Both the position numbers and the translations under genes were made by a program. From an uncultured Bacteroidota bacterium (GTDB lineage: Bacteria; Bacteroidota; Bacteroidia; Chitinophagales; Chitinophagaceae): a stretch of DNA of 64,000 nt. This document shows positions 36,052 to 46,333 of the stretch, piece by piece (within the stretch, counting starts at the first letter, position 1; each line of letters starts with the position of its first letter). Location of the stretch: contig CAISOH010000208.1 in assembly GCA_903887005.1 (NCBI GenBank), forward strand, positions 5,252 through 69,251, written 5' to 3'. The notes below the pieces were generated by a model that did not search any database, was not told where the DNA came from, and was given only the letters and a program-made list of their open reading frames with translations.

Positions 36052-37326
36052 ATGAAATATGGCAAACAATTCTGGATTACAGTTGCCCTGTTTAATCTAT
36101 GTATTGTAGCAGCTTTGGGCGTTTTGTTGAGAACCAAAATGGTCTTCCCCCTGGAATCAATTGAATTCAGCAATATTCTGGAAGCGCATTATCATTTCGC
36201 AATGAATGGATGGATAACATCCACCTTAATGGTTTTGATGGTATATGAACTACTGCCGGAGTTAATTAATAGAAAACCTGTTTATCAATGGATGCGTTGG
36301 GGGATGTTGCTCAGTAGTTATGGTTTGGCATTGAGCTTCATTATTGATGGTTATACAACAGTTACAATGATAATTATTACTTTTTACATTGTCCTGGTAT
36401 TTTTATTTTCATGGATATTCATCAAGGACTTAATTAAAGCAAAGCCGGTTAAGCCGGTATTAATACTCTGTACTTGCGCACTGGTATCTTTGGTGTTGTC
36501 TTGTATAGGCCCGGAAACTTTTCTGGGTTTTGTGCTTGCCGCCCATTCCATGAATATACTTTTATTCCGCGATACTGCTTATACTTATTTGCACTTTCAA
36601 TACAACGGTTTTTTTCCGCTGGCTATTTTTGCGTTATTTTTCAATTACATTGGCAGTAAGGATATTTCATTGAAAGCACAGAAGTATATGCATAAAATAG
36701 CCATCATGCTGCCTGTAATTATTCTACCCACTCTTTTTTTATCCTATCTCTGGCATTACCCCAATGTGTACGTACGTTCAATTGCAGCTTTGGGATGCAT
36801 TTGCATGTTTGTGTTTATGTTCCTCTTCTACAGATTACTAAGTTCTGTATGGGCGCATTTAAAACTAATGGACCGGTATTCAAAGTTTTTAGGCGTCTTA
36901 TCTATTATTTCGTTGACTGTAAAAGTCATTTTACAAACCGGGACTTTGATACCATATGTTGGTATTATTGTTTTCGGTAACAGGCCAATTATCATAGGAT
37001 ATATTCATTTGGTAATGCTTGGCTTTATTACCTTATTTCTTCTGTCTTATTTTTTGCAAAATGCCTTTCTAAATAGCAATACGACAGTTACCAAAACCGC
37101 CATTCTTATTTTTGCATCAGGAGTAGTGATTAATGAATTATTATTGATGCTGCAGGGCCTCAGCCAGATTCTTATGAAGTTTTATCCAATTTACGGATGG
37201 CTGCTTTGGGGAGCAGTGATATGGTTGTTAACAGGAGCGGTCGCAATCCTGGCTTCAAGGCTAAAATACAGGAAGCTTGTTTCCGTCAATATCCTTGAAA
37301 ACAGGCACAAAATTATGACCCGTTGA
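36052..37326 (+). CDS. 12-TM integral membrane protein with three His-containing intramembrane motifs (possibly NnrS-like, unassigned)
   Basis: 424 aa and almost entirely hydrophobic. Recurring motifs HYHFAMNGW, YLHFQYNGFF and YIHLVMLGF lie in separate helices. No HCO-type HH motif. Confidence 0.6.
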   Translation: MKYGKQFWITVALFNLCIVAALGVLLRTKMVFPLESIEFSNILEAHYHFAMNGWITSTLMVLMVYELLPELINRKPVYQWMRWGMLLSSYGLALSFIIDGYTTVTMIIITFYIVLVFLFSWIFIKDLIKAKPVKPVLILCTCALVSLVLSCIGPETFLGFVLAAHSMNILLFRDTAYTYLHFQYNGFFPLAIFALFFNYIGSKDISLKAQKYMHKIAIMLPVIILPTLFLSYLWHYPNVYVRSIAALGCICMFVFMFLFYRLLSSVWAHLKLMDRYSKFLGVLSIISLTVKVILQTGTLIPYVGIIVFGNRPIIIGYIHLVMLGFITLFLLSYFLQNAFLNSNTTVTKTAILIFASGVVINELLLMLQGLSQILMKFYPIYGWLLWGAVIWLLTGAVAILASRLKYRKLVSVNILENRHKIMTR

Positions 37327-37461
37327 TTTTTAAAATATTATTATTGAAATTGAAAAAATTGTATAAATTTATGATGCATGTAAAACCATCCAAATCTTAA
37401 TTCGAAGTTTCGTTTGATCACAAGTTCAATTATTTTATAAAAAAGTTAAACAAAAAATGTT

Positions 37462-37935
37462 ATGAAAAAAACTTATTTATTTGCATTAATGATTTCAGCA
37501 AGCCTGGTCATTTTTAGCTGTGGTAACTCCCAACAAAATAATGAAGATAGCAAAAATGCAGCGGCTACTTCTGCTCCCAAACCTGCCGAAGGCGGAGACC
37601 AGGGTGTGGGAAGTTATAAGAATGTGGAATTGACGCACCCGGTTGATCAAAGTATGGCAGAAAAAGGAAAAGAAATTTATGGCGTGAAATGCATTGCCTG
37701 CCATAAAATTACAGCCGAGAAGATGATAGGCCCCGGATGGAAGGGCGTTACAGAGAGAAGGAGGCCCGAGTATATACTGAATTTTGTAACCAATACAGAC
37801 GAAATGCTTGACAAAGATCCTAATGCCAAAGCCTTACTTTCTGTATGCATGGTAAGAATGCCTAACCAGCACCTTACGGATATTGAAGCCCGTTCGGTAC
37901 TTGAATTCATGCGTAAAAACGATGGAAAAAATTAA
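37462..37935 (+). CDS. cytochrome c lipoprotein (c551/c552-like)
   Basis: Lipobox LVIFSC. CIACHKITAEKMIGPGWKGV and distal VRMPNQ. It resembles the small cytochromes encoded in Bacteroidota denitrification loci. Confidence 0.8.
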   Translation: MKKTYLFALMISASLVIFSCGNSQQNNEDSKNAAATSAPKPAEGGDQGVGSYKNVELTHPVDQSMAEKGKEIYGVKCIACHKITAEKMIGPGWKGVTERRRPEYILNFVTNTDEMLDKDPNAKALLSVCMVRMPNQHLTDIEARSVLEFMRKNDGKN

Positions 37936-37955
37936 AAAGATAAATTTTTAAAAAA

Positions 37956-37989
37956 GGCATTTCTGTTAAATCAGGAATGCCTTTTTTTT
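37956..37989 (+). terminator. rho-independent terminator ending the second cytochrome operon
   Basis: ggcatttctg-ttaaat-caggaatgcc followed by tttttttt. Confidence 0.8.
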
Positions 37990-38147
37990 GTTTTGAAGAG
38001 CTATTGGAATTCTTCCGCAGCTACCTTCTCTATACATGTTGAAACAACTGAATCCCTGTTTTTTTATAAAAAAAAGTTTCTCTGAAAAACACAGAGAGAA
38101 AGACGTCTCCCATAAACACCTCCCAAATTGTTAGTATAATTGAGACC

Positions 38148-40418
38148 TTAACCCTTCACCTGCGCTTCCACAACCGACAATGCTATGATATTTACAATCT
38201 GCCGGACAGTACTTCCCAATTGCAGTACATAAACCGGTTTGCGAAGCCCGAGCAATATAGGGCCAACAGCTTCAGCTCCACCTACTTCCTGTAACAGGTG
38301 ATAGGCAATATTGCCTGCAGCCAGGTTGGGGAATATCAATACATTGGGTGATTCATTTACCAGGTCGGAGAATGGATAGTTTTCCTTTAACAGGTCTTTA
38401 TTAAAAGCAATACCAGCCTGCACTTCACCGTCAATTATCATATCCGGGCGCATTTCTTTTATCCGTGCGACCACATTACTAACCAGCATAGCCTCCTGCG
38501 ACTGGCTGCTGCCGAAATTGGAATAAGAAAGCATAGCTATACGCGGCTTTATATTGTAGTTGCCCACCACATTAGCCGTCAGTAGTGTAATATCTATCAG
38601 TTCATCTTCCGTAGGGTTGAAATTAAGCGTGGTGTCGGCAAAGAAAAGAGGCCCTTTTTTGGTAAGCATTATATACATGCCCGCCACTCTTTTTGCTCCA
38701 TCTTCCATCCCGATTATTTCAAGTGCCGGGCGGATGGTGTCAGGATATTTACGGGTTAAGCCCGAGATCATAGCATCAGCCTCCCCGCCATCAACCATCA
38801 TACAACCATAGTAAACCCGTTCCCGCATTGTCTTCTTTGCTTCATAAAGATTGTACCCCCTGCGTTTACGTTTCTCAAAAAACTTTTCGCCATATTCACA
38901 ACGCTTCTTTTCAGCAGTATCATCTTTAGGATCTATTATTTCCACATCTTCAAGGTGCAGGTTATTTTCCAAAATCATCAGGCGTATTTTCTCTTCATTA
39001 CCAAGCAATATCGGTATGGCTATGCCCTCATCCTTAGCTATCTGGGCGGCTTTCAGGATCTTAATGTTCTCTGCCTCTGCAAATACAACGCGTTTGGGGT
39101 TTTGTTTCGCTTTATTGATTATAAACTTCAACAGGTTATCGTCAGTGCCTAAGCGGTGGTATAACGCCGCTTCATAGGCATCCCAGTCTGTAATAGGTTT
39201 TTTGGCAACTCCGCTGTCCATTGCCGCCCTGGCTACTGCGGTAGATACCTTTACTAACAGGCGCGGATCCATTGGTTTTGGGATAATGTAGGTAGGCCCA
39301 AACTGAAGGCTGATATCATTATAAGCCACGTTCACAATATCCGGCACGGGTTCTTTCGCAAGCGCTGCCAAAGCCTTTACTGCGGCAAGCTTCATTTCTT
39401 CATTGATGCTGCCGGCACGTACATCGAGCGCTCCCCTGAATATATACGGGAAGCCCAGCACATTATTGACCTGGTTTGGATAGTCGCTGCGGCCTGTAGC
39501 CATAATCACATCAGGGCGGGCCGCCATAGCTTCGTCATAGGTTATCTCCGGATCAGGATTCGCCAAGGCGAATACTATTGGCTTCTTAGCCATACCCTTC
39601 ACCATATCCTGCGATACTACATTCCCTTTCGAAAGGCCTATAAATACATCAGCGTCTTTCATTGCTTCATGCAGGTCCACCGGTTTCATATCCTGTGCAA
39701 ACTGTAATTTATAACTTTCAAGTTCTGTCCTGCTCTTTACGATCAGCCCTTTCCTGTCGAACATGTACATGTTCTTAACATTTGCGCCAAGAGCAAGGTA
39801 TATCTTGCAGCAGGAAATAGCCGAAGCACCTGCCCCGCTGATCACAATCTTCACATCTCCTATCTTCTTGCCTACAACGTCTAATGCGTTTAGCAGCGCT
39901 GCACCTGATATTATGGCTGTGCCATGCTGGTCGTCATGCATGATGGGAATGCTGAGTTCTTCTTTCAGCCTTCGCTCAATTTCAAAACATTCGGGGGCTT
40001 TAATATCCTCTAAATTTATGCCGCCGAAAGTAGGTTCCAGGGCCTTCACCACTTTCACAAAATCCTCTATTTCCCTTACATTCAGCTCTATATCAAAAAC
40101 ATCAATGTCCGCATATATTTTAAACAGCAGTCCCTTCCCCTCCATCACCGGTTTTGAGGCTTCCGGGCCTATATCGCCCAATCCCAGCACAGCCGTACCA
40201 TTGGTGATAACAGCTACTAAATTACCTTTTGCAGTGTAGCGATATACATCTTCCGGGTTAGCATGTATTTCCATACAGGGTACCGCTACTCCCGGAGAAT
40301 AGGCAAGTGCGAGGTCGCGCTGCGTCTTTGTTTCCTTGGTAGGAATTACTTCTATTTTTCCCGGCCTTCCCTTCTCATGATATTCAAGTGCATCTTCTTT
40401 TCTTATCAATTGTGCCAT
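38148..40418 (-). CDS. maeB: NADP-dependent malic enzyme (malic enzyme domain fused to a PTA-like domain)
   Basis: About 756 aa. N-terminus ALEYHEKGRPGKIEV..TKP..TQRDLALAYSPGVA, Rossmann motif ISGAGASA, and a long C-terminal phosphate-acetyltransferase-like domain. The ATG at 40418 is preferred over the TTG at 40451. Confidence 0.92.
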   Translation of the reverse strand: MAQLIRKEDALEYHEKGRPGKIEVIPTKETKTQRDLALAYSPGVAVPCMEIHANPEDVYRYTAKGNLVAVITNGTAVLGLGDIGPEASKPVMEGKGLLFKIYADIDVFDIELNVREIEDFVKVVKALEPTFGGINLEDIKAPECFEIERRLKEELSIPIMHDDQHGTAIISGAALLNALDVVGKKIGDVKIVISGAGASAISCCKIYLALGANVKNMYMFDRKGLIVKSRTELESYKLQFAQDMKPVDLHEAMKDADVFIGLSKGNVVSQDMVKGMAKKPIVFALANPDPEITYDEAMAARPDVIMATGRSDYPNQVNNVLGFPYIFRGALDVRAGSINEEMKLAAVKALAALAKEPVPDIVNVAYNDISLQFGPTYIIPKPMDPRLLVKVSTAVARAAMDSGVAKKPITDWDAYEAALYHRLGTDDNLLKFIINKAKQNPKRVVFAEAENIKILKAAQIAKDEGIAIPILLGNEEKIRLMILENNLHLEDVEIIDPKDDTAEKKRCEYGEKFFEKRKRRGYNLYEAKKTMRERVYYGCMMVDGGEADAMISGLTRKYPDTIRPALEIIGMEDGAKRVAGMYIMLTKKGPLFFADTTLNFNPTEDELIDITLLTANVVGNYNIKPRIAMLSYSNFGSSQSQEAMLVSNVVARIKEMRPDMIIDGEVQAGIAFNKDLLKENYPFSDLVNESPNVLIFPNLAAGNIAYHLLQEVGGAEAVGPILLGLRKPVYVLQLGSTVRQIVNIIALSVVEAQVKG

Positions 40419-40652
40419 TTTACTTTCTGATTTGAACCTGCTAAGGTACAAATAAGGCTATGAAATTTATACATGATATATATCATACACAGCAGGTTAA
40501 TAGTTATTAAATCGTCATAGGTTTAGGTATAATTGTTAAATTCCATTTTTTTTAAACTTTTAGTTTAAAAAGTAAATACCTGCTACTTATTTTTTTTTGA
40601 AAAACAAATAATAAGTTATTACTTTACGTTTTAACCTAAAAAACAAGACAAA

Positions 40653-41018
40653 ATGAAAAAGATATTATTGCTGGCAGGATTTTGTTTCTGCACCGGTTTT
40701 GCCCACGGCCAAATATTGAAATCAGATGGTTCCTATTTAAATGCCACCGGCACAATTGGTTATTATAAAAGCGACGGTACAGTGGAAGATAAATCACATT
40801 CCACACTTGGATATATTAAAAGCGACGGCACTATTGAAGACAATCATCATGCCGCAATTGGCTTTATGAAAAGCGATGGAACACTGGAAGATAGCCACCA
40901 TGCAACTATTGGTTATTATAAAAGTGATGGTACGCTTGAAGACAATCACCATAGCACAATTGGTCATTACAGCAGCAGCACGGAAGCGTTATTGAGGCAA
41001 TACTTCTTTAATAATTAA
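40653..41018 (+). CDS. small secreted protein with 4.3 tandem 17-aa repeats (xIGYxKSDGTxEDxxHx)
   Basis: Signal peptide. 51-nt repeats span about 40752-40972. The repeats differ mostly at synonymous positions. Confidence 0.65.
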   Translation: MKKILLLAGFCFCTGFAHGQILKSDGSYLNATGTIGYYKSDGTVEDKSHSTLGYIKSDGTIEDNHHAAIGFMKSDGTLEDSHHATIGYYKSDGTLEDNHHSTIGHYSSSTEALLRQYFFNN

Positions 41019-41058
41019 ATAGTTAAAATTAAAAATATATTTAAAATGTATTTTGCCG

Positions 41059-41090
41059 GCCGGAAATAATTTTGTTTCCGGCTTTCTATT
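41059..41090 (+). terminator. putative rho-independent terminator
   Basis: gccggaaa-taattttg-tttccggc followed by tttctattt. Confidence 0.55.
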
Positions 41091-41494
41091 TAATAAAAAA
41101 TTTTCCTGGAATTTATTTTTTATTAAACCCAAGATTTCCTGTTGATTATACGTCTATTAAAGTAGAAAACAAGACATAAGGGAATAATATTACATTATGT
41201 AGTAATGTATATTTTAACCATGCCATGCTTTTTTGATAGGATAATTGTTATTTTTTTGTGAGATTTAATTACAAAAAAGTAACAAAAATTTAAGTTTGTA
41301 TGACCAAATAAATTATGTACAGATTGATATTCTAATATGCATAAAATGGTTTGAATTTGTTTAAATTTGCCCCCTTATAGTTTTTTGAGTACAAATATTG
41401 TCATATGCCATGTTCAGTAATATTGATTTAACTTACCCCAAATGACAATATTTTTTATCTGAAAATTGCTTTACAAAAAATTAAAAAACAAAAT

Positions 41495-43678
41495 ATGAAA
41501 AAAGGTTTTTACTTACAAAGTTTACTTGTTTTTTGCTTCATTTTATTTTCAGTTGTTGCTAAGGCTACAGTGCCTGTAATCACTTCAAACCCACGTGATA
41601 CAGCTGTTTGTAAAGGAGATTCCGCGTATTTCTCTATAGTAGCTAATGATACACCCGGAACTTTAACTATGTATTATACCTGGCAGGTATCTACCGATGG
41701 CGGTACAAACTGGTCAACATTAATTGATGTACTATCTAAATATAGAGGCGCAGCTACTGATACCCTTTGGATTACCACAGATATTAGCCTCAACAATAAT
41801 TTATACAGAGTAATAGACTCTAATACAGATGGTTTAGATACTTCCTTATATGGAAAACTTACAGTAAAACATGCGGATGCCGGAACAATAACCGGAGCAT
41901 CTGCCGTATGTAAAGCAGGGACAACCACCTTATCCGATGCTGTAACAGGCGGTGTATGGCTCAGTATTACAAAGACAATCGCTACTGTAGGCAGTGCCAG
42001 TGGTATAGTTACCGGAGTTGCACATGGTTATGATACCATTAAATATGCTGTAACCAATACATGCGGCCCTGATACTACATGGACAATAATAAGAGTTGAT
42101 ACAGTTGCAATAGTAAAGCCTATTACAGGTCCTACTACAACATGTAAGGGCAGTTATCCTATAAACTTATATAACACAAATGTATTAGGCACATGGATAT
42201 GGAGTGCAAGCAACGGACATGCTTCAGTTTCATCAGGCGGTGTGGTTTATGGATTATCTGGTGGTTTGGATACCATCTCATATATTTTCACAAATGCTTG
42301 TAATTCTGTTACATCAACTATGGTCGTTACTGTAGATACTTTATTAAAGCATGGCGTCATTTCCGGGTTCGATACTGTATGTGCGGGATCGTGGATCCAT
42401 TTAAGTGAATCTGTAACCGGAGGCATGTGGATAACCGGTAGTGGTTCCATTGCAATGGTTGATGGATTGGGCAATGTTACCGGTGTATCGCAAGGCATCG
42501 TGCCAATATCTTATTTTCTGTCTAATGGATGCGGCCCCAGCATTGCGCTTGATACTGTTTATGTATTTCAGGATGCTGCCCCTATTAATGGTTTGGATAG
42601 CGTTGGTATAGGCAATACAAGAGCTTTTACTGATGTAACATTTGGCGGATGGTGGATGAGCCATGATACTTCAATAGCTACTATTGACACTAATACAGGT
42701 ATTGCTACTGGTGTTGCTACTGGCACCACCGTAATTACTTATACTGTAACAAATATTTGTGGTACCAGCATTGCTACCATTACTTTAAATGTTGGCCCTG
42801 TTCCTGCAGTTTCCGGTATTTATAGCGCTGGCGGCACTGATATTGGTATATGCGTAGGTGGAACAATTCAATTATCTGATTCTACAACAGGTGGCGTAGG
42901 CCAATGGAGCAGCACCAGGGATAGCATAGCTTCAGTTGATAATAACGGCCTTGTAACAGGTATTCAAACCGATTTCAGCACCAAATTCGATACAATTAAC
43001 GTTGGAATAGATACAATCGCTTATACCTTTACTAATGGTTTTGGAACAGTAAGAGTAACGATTCCGGTTATTATTAATCAGGCGCCTGTGATACATTTAT
43101 CAGGCCCGTCAATTGTATCAACAGGTGGCAACTATCTGTTCAGAGGAACTCCTTATTATAGCTGGATACGTACTCCAAATAACTTTTATGCGCCAGGCAC
43201 TTCTGCTTCCAGTGTTGGTGTCTGGAGTGACAGCAATTCCAAGATGGGTACATTTGTGAGCGTTATTGATTCTTCCAATATACACATTACAAGTTTTGGT
43301 TCTTTTATTGTTCTGAAAACCGGAAGGGATAATATTACTTATACTGTTCATAATGGTTGCGGTACTACTCATAAAAGCTGGTCAATATTTCTTCCTACTG
43401 ATACCACCGTTTCTGTAAATCCGGTTAATAATTCAATTAATGCATTAAAAGTATATCCAAACCCAACCGATGGAGCAATTACTATTAACTTATCTTCAGA
43501 TGTAAATGAAGATGCGTTTGTTACTATCACCAATGTTATTGGAGAGAAAGTGAAAGAAATAAAAATTACTACCAACAAGGCATATGAAATCAAACTTAAC
43601 GAGCCTGCAGGTATGTATTTCCTTTCAGCTTCCGGTTCGGCAGGAAAATATGATGCAAAAATCATTATAGGAAAATAG
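41495..43678 (+). CDS. T9SS-secreted Big_2/Ig-repeat surface protein
   Basis: Signal peptide. Repeated ITG...VC.G.T..LSD...GG.W frames. C-terminal KVYPNPTDGAITINL...GMYFLSASGSAGKYDAKIIIGK sorting domain. Confidence 0.85.
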   Translation: MKKGFYLQSLLVFCFILFSVVAKATVPVITSNPRDTAVCKGDSAYFSIVANDTPGTLTMYYTWQVSTDGGTNWSTLIDVLSKYRGAATDTLWITTDISLNNNLYRVIDSNTDGLDTSLYGKLTVKHADAGTITGASAVCKAGTTTLSDAVTGGVWLSITKTIATVGSASGIVTGVAHGYDTIKYAVTNTCGPDTTWTIIRVDTVAIVKPITGPTTTCKGSYPINLYNTNVLGTWIWSASNGHASVSSGGVVYGLSGGLDTISYIFTNACNSVTSTMVVTVDTLLKHGVISGFDTVCAGSWIHLSESVTGGMWITGSGSIAMVDGLGNVTGVSQGIVPISYFLSNGCGPSIALDTVYVFQDAAPINGLDSVGIGNTRAFTDVTFGGWWMSHDTSIATIDTNTGIATGVATGTTVITYTVTNICGTSIATITLNVGPVPAVSGIYSAGGTDIGICVGGTIQLSDSTTGGVGQWSSTRDSIASVDNNGLVTGIQTDFSTKFDTINVGIDTIAYTFTNGFGTVRVTIPVIINQAPVIHLSGPSIVSTGGNYLFRGTPYYSWIRTPNNFYAPGTSASSVGVWSDSNSKMGTFVSVIDSSNIHITSFGSFIVLKTGRDNITYTVHNGCGTTHKSWSIFLPTDTTVSVNPVNNSINALKVYPNPTDGAITINLSSDVNEDAFVTITNVIGEKVKEIKITTNKAYEIKLNEPAGMYFLSASGSAGKYDAKIIIGK

Positions 43679-43703
43679 CTTTCAACATTACTGAACTTAA
43701 AAA

Positions 43704-43732
43704 GGGCCGGCTTCAATGCCGGCCCTTTTTTT
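43704..43732 (+). terminator. rho-independent terminator
   Basis: gggccggc-ttcaat-gccggccc followed by ttttttt. Confidence 0.85.
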
Positions 43733-43822
43733 ATTTACCATGATTATCCACTATTGTTGTTACCCCTATAAATCAAAATGAACTCTATATTACTATTTGT
43801 ATAAAATTTTGATAATAAACTC

Positions 43823-45145
<1,323 letters not shown>

Positions 45146-45157
45146 ATTCCATGTAGT

Positions 45158-45448
45158 ATGAAAAAGGTATTCAGGGTCCTTACAAATAAGTATTTGCTGG
45201 TCACAGTAGGTTTCATTGCATGGACGGTATTTTTCGACCAGAATGACTGGTTAACTTTACAACAGCGCCAGAAAGAGCTGAATGGCATTAAGGATAACAT
45301 TGCCTATCTGAATACTGAAATAACGCGGATGAATGCAGAACGAATGGCCCTGCTCAATAATCCTCATGAACTGGAAAAATATGCACGTGAGACTTTCCGT
45401 ATGAAGCATGAGGGGGAAGATATTTATGTGATTGATAAAGGAAAATAA
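45158..45448 (+). CDS. septum formation initiator (FtsB/DivIC-like)
   Basis: 96 aa with one N-terminal TM helix followed by a coiled coil. It lies immediately downstream of eno, as ftsB does in many bacteria. Confidence 0.6.
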   Translation: MKKVFRVLTNKYLLVTVGFIAWTVFFDQNDWLTLQQRQKELNGIKDNIAYLNTEITRMNAERMALLNNPHELEKYARETFRMKHEGEDIYVIDKGK

Positions 45449-45572
45449 TTTTGCAGTTGAATTAAGTTGGCAGTTTGCAGTTGACAGTCCCAGTGACTAT
45501 GAACAGCAAACTGCCATTTGTTAATTATGAACCGTCAACTGTAAACTATAAACTGCCAACTGCCAACTTCAA
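45449..45572. repeat. 7-nt word repeats (GCAGTT family) arranged as a long imperfect inverted repeat
   Basis: The left arm ttggcagtttgcagttgacagt faces the right arm actgtaaactataaactgccaactgccaa. It could fold into a long hairpin downstream of the ftsB-like gene. Confidence 0.75.
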
Positions 45573-45680
45573 ATTGTATTTCACTATGTGGCAATAAAAA
45601 GAAATTGTTGAGTAAGCCTTTCCTTATTGCACTTTATTTGGCAAATAGTACCCAACTTTGTTTTTAATTCTCATTATCGA

Positions 45681-46181
45681 ATGACAACAGTAATCTCCGG
45701 AACTAATCGTACAGATAGCATGACGCTGCGAATAGCAACGTTATATTGTAAGCTGCTTTCTGAAAGAGCGGATAATGTGCATCTATTATCTTTGGAAAAT
45801 AAACAGGTATGGGAGCGTGGCGCGGCAATGATAGCATTGGAAAAACAATACCTGATCCCCGCTCAGAAATTTGTATTCATCATGCCGGAATACAACGCCA
45901 GTTTCCCCGGAATACTAAAGCTGATGATAGACAACAGCGATATAAAAAACAGCTGGTGGTTCAAGAAGGCCGCCCTTGTAGGCATATCTGACGGGCGCGC
46001 GGGCAATCTGCGCGGCATTGAGCACATGACGTCAATCCTGCATTATTTGAAAGTACATGTACTCTATAACAAACTAGTCATTTCAAGAATAAATGAAGAA
46101 ATGGATAGTTCGGGTGCATTGATAAAGCAGGAAACCGCAGAAGCTATTAATCAGCAGATTGATGATTTCATGAAATTCTAA
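45681..46181 (+). CDS. NAD(P)H-dependent FMN reductase-like oxidoreductase
   Basis: MTTVISGTNR..S.T N-terminus and PEYNASFPG motif, typical of the flavodoxin-like FMN reductase family. The ATG at 45681 is preferred. Confidence 0.65.
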   Translation: MTTVISGTNRTDSMTLRIATLYCKLLSERADNVHLLSLENKQVWERGAAMIALEKQYLIPAQKFVFIMPEYNASFPGILKLMIDNSDIKNSWWFKKAALVGISDGRAGNLRGIEHMTSILHYLKVHVLYNKLVISRINEEMDSSGALIKQETAEAINQQIDDFMKF

Positions 46182-46249
46182 TAACCAACAGCCTACCCTG
46201 CTGTTCAACTATTGAATATCTGCTATTTACTTTGTACTAATTACTATCG

Positions 46250-46332
46250 GCTTTTGACTTTCTACTTTTCTACTTTTTGACTTTTTGACTTTTTGACTTT
46301 TTGACTTTTTGACTTTTGAATTTTGAATTAAT
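46250..46332. repeat. 8-nt periodic tandem repeat (TTTTGACT / TTTCTACT family)
   Basis: cttttgac tttctact tttctact ttttgact x4 tttgaatt ttgaatta, ending 2 nt before the ATG at 46334. Confidence 0.9.
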
Positions 46333-46333
46333 T

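Noticed and set aside
26310-37935. Annotating the island as a clade II nos (N2O reductase), nrf, psr/phs or canonical alternative complex III locus.
   Set aside because: No NosZ, NosD/F/Y/L, NrfA, molybdopterin catalytic subunit, pentahaem ActA or ActF-like second NrfD is present. Only the electron-input module and small cytochromes resemble those systems.
46250-46332. Possible CRISPR array or other spaced repeat system in the short tandem-repeat tracts.
   Set aside because: The units are 7-8 nt and directly abutting, with no spacers. No cas genes are present. These are simple tandem word repeats.
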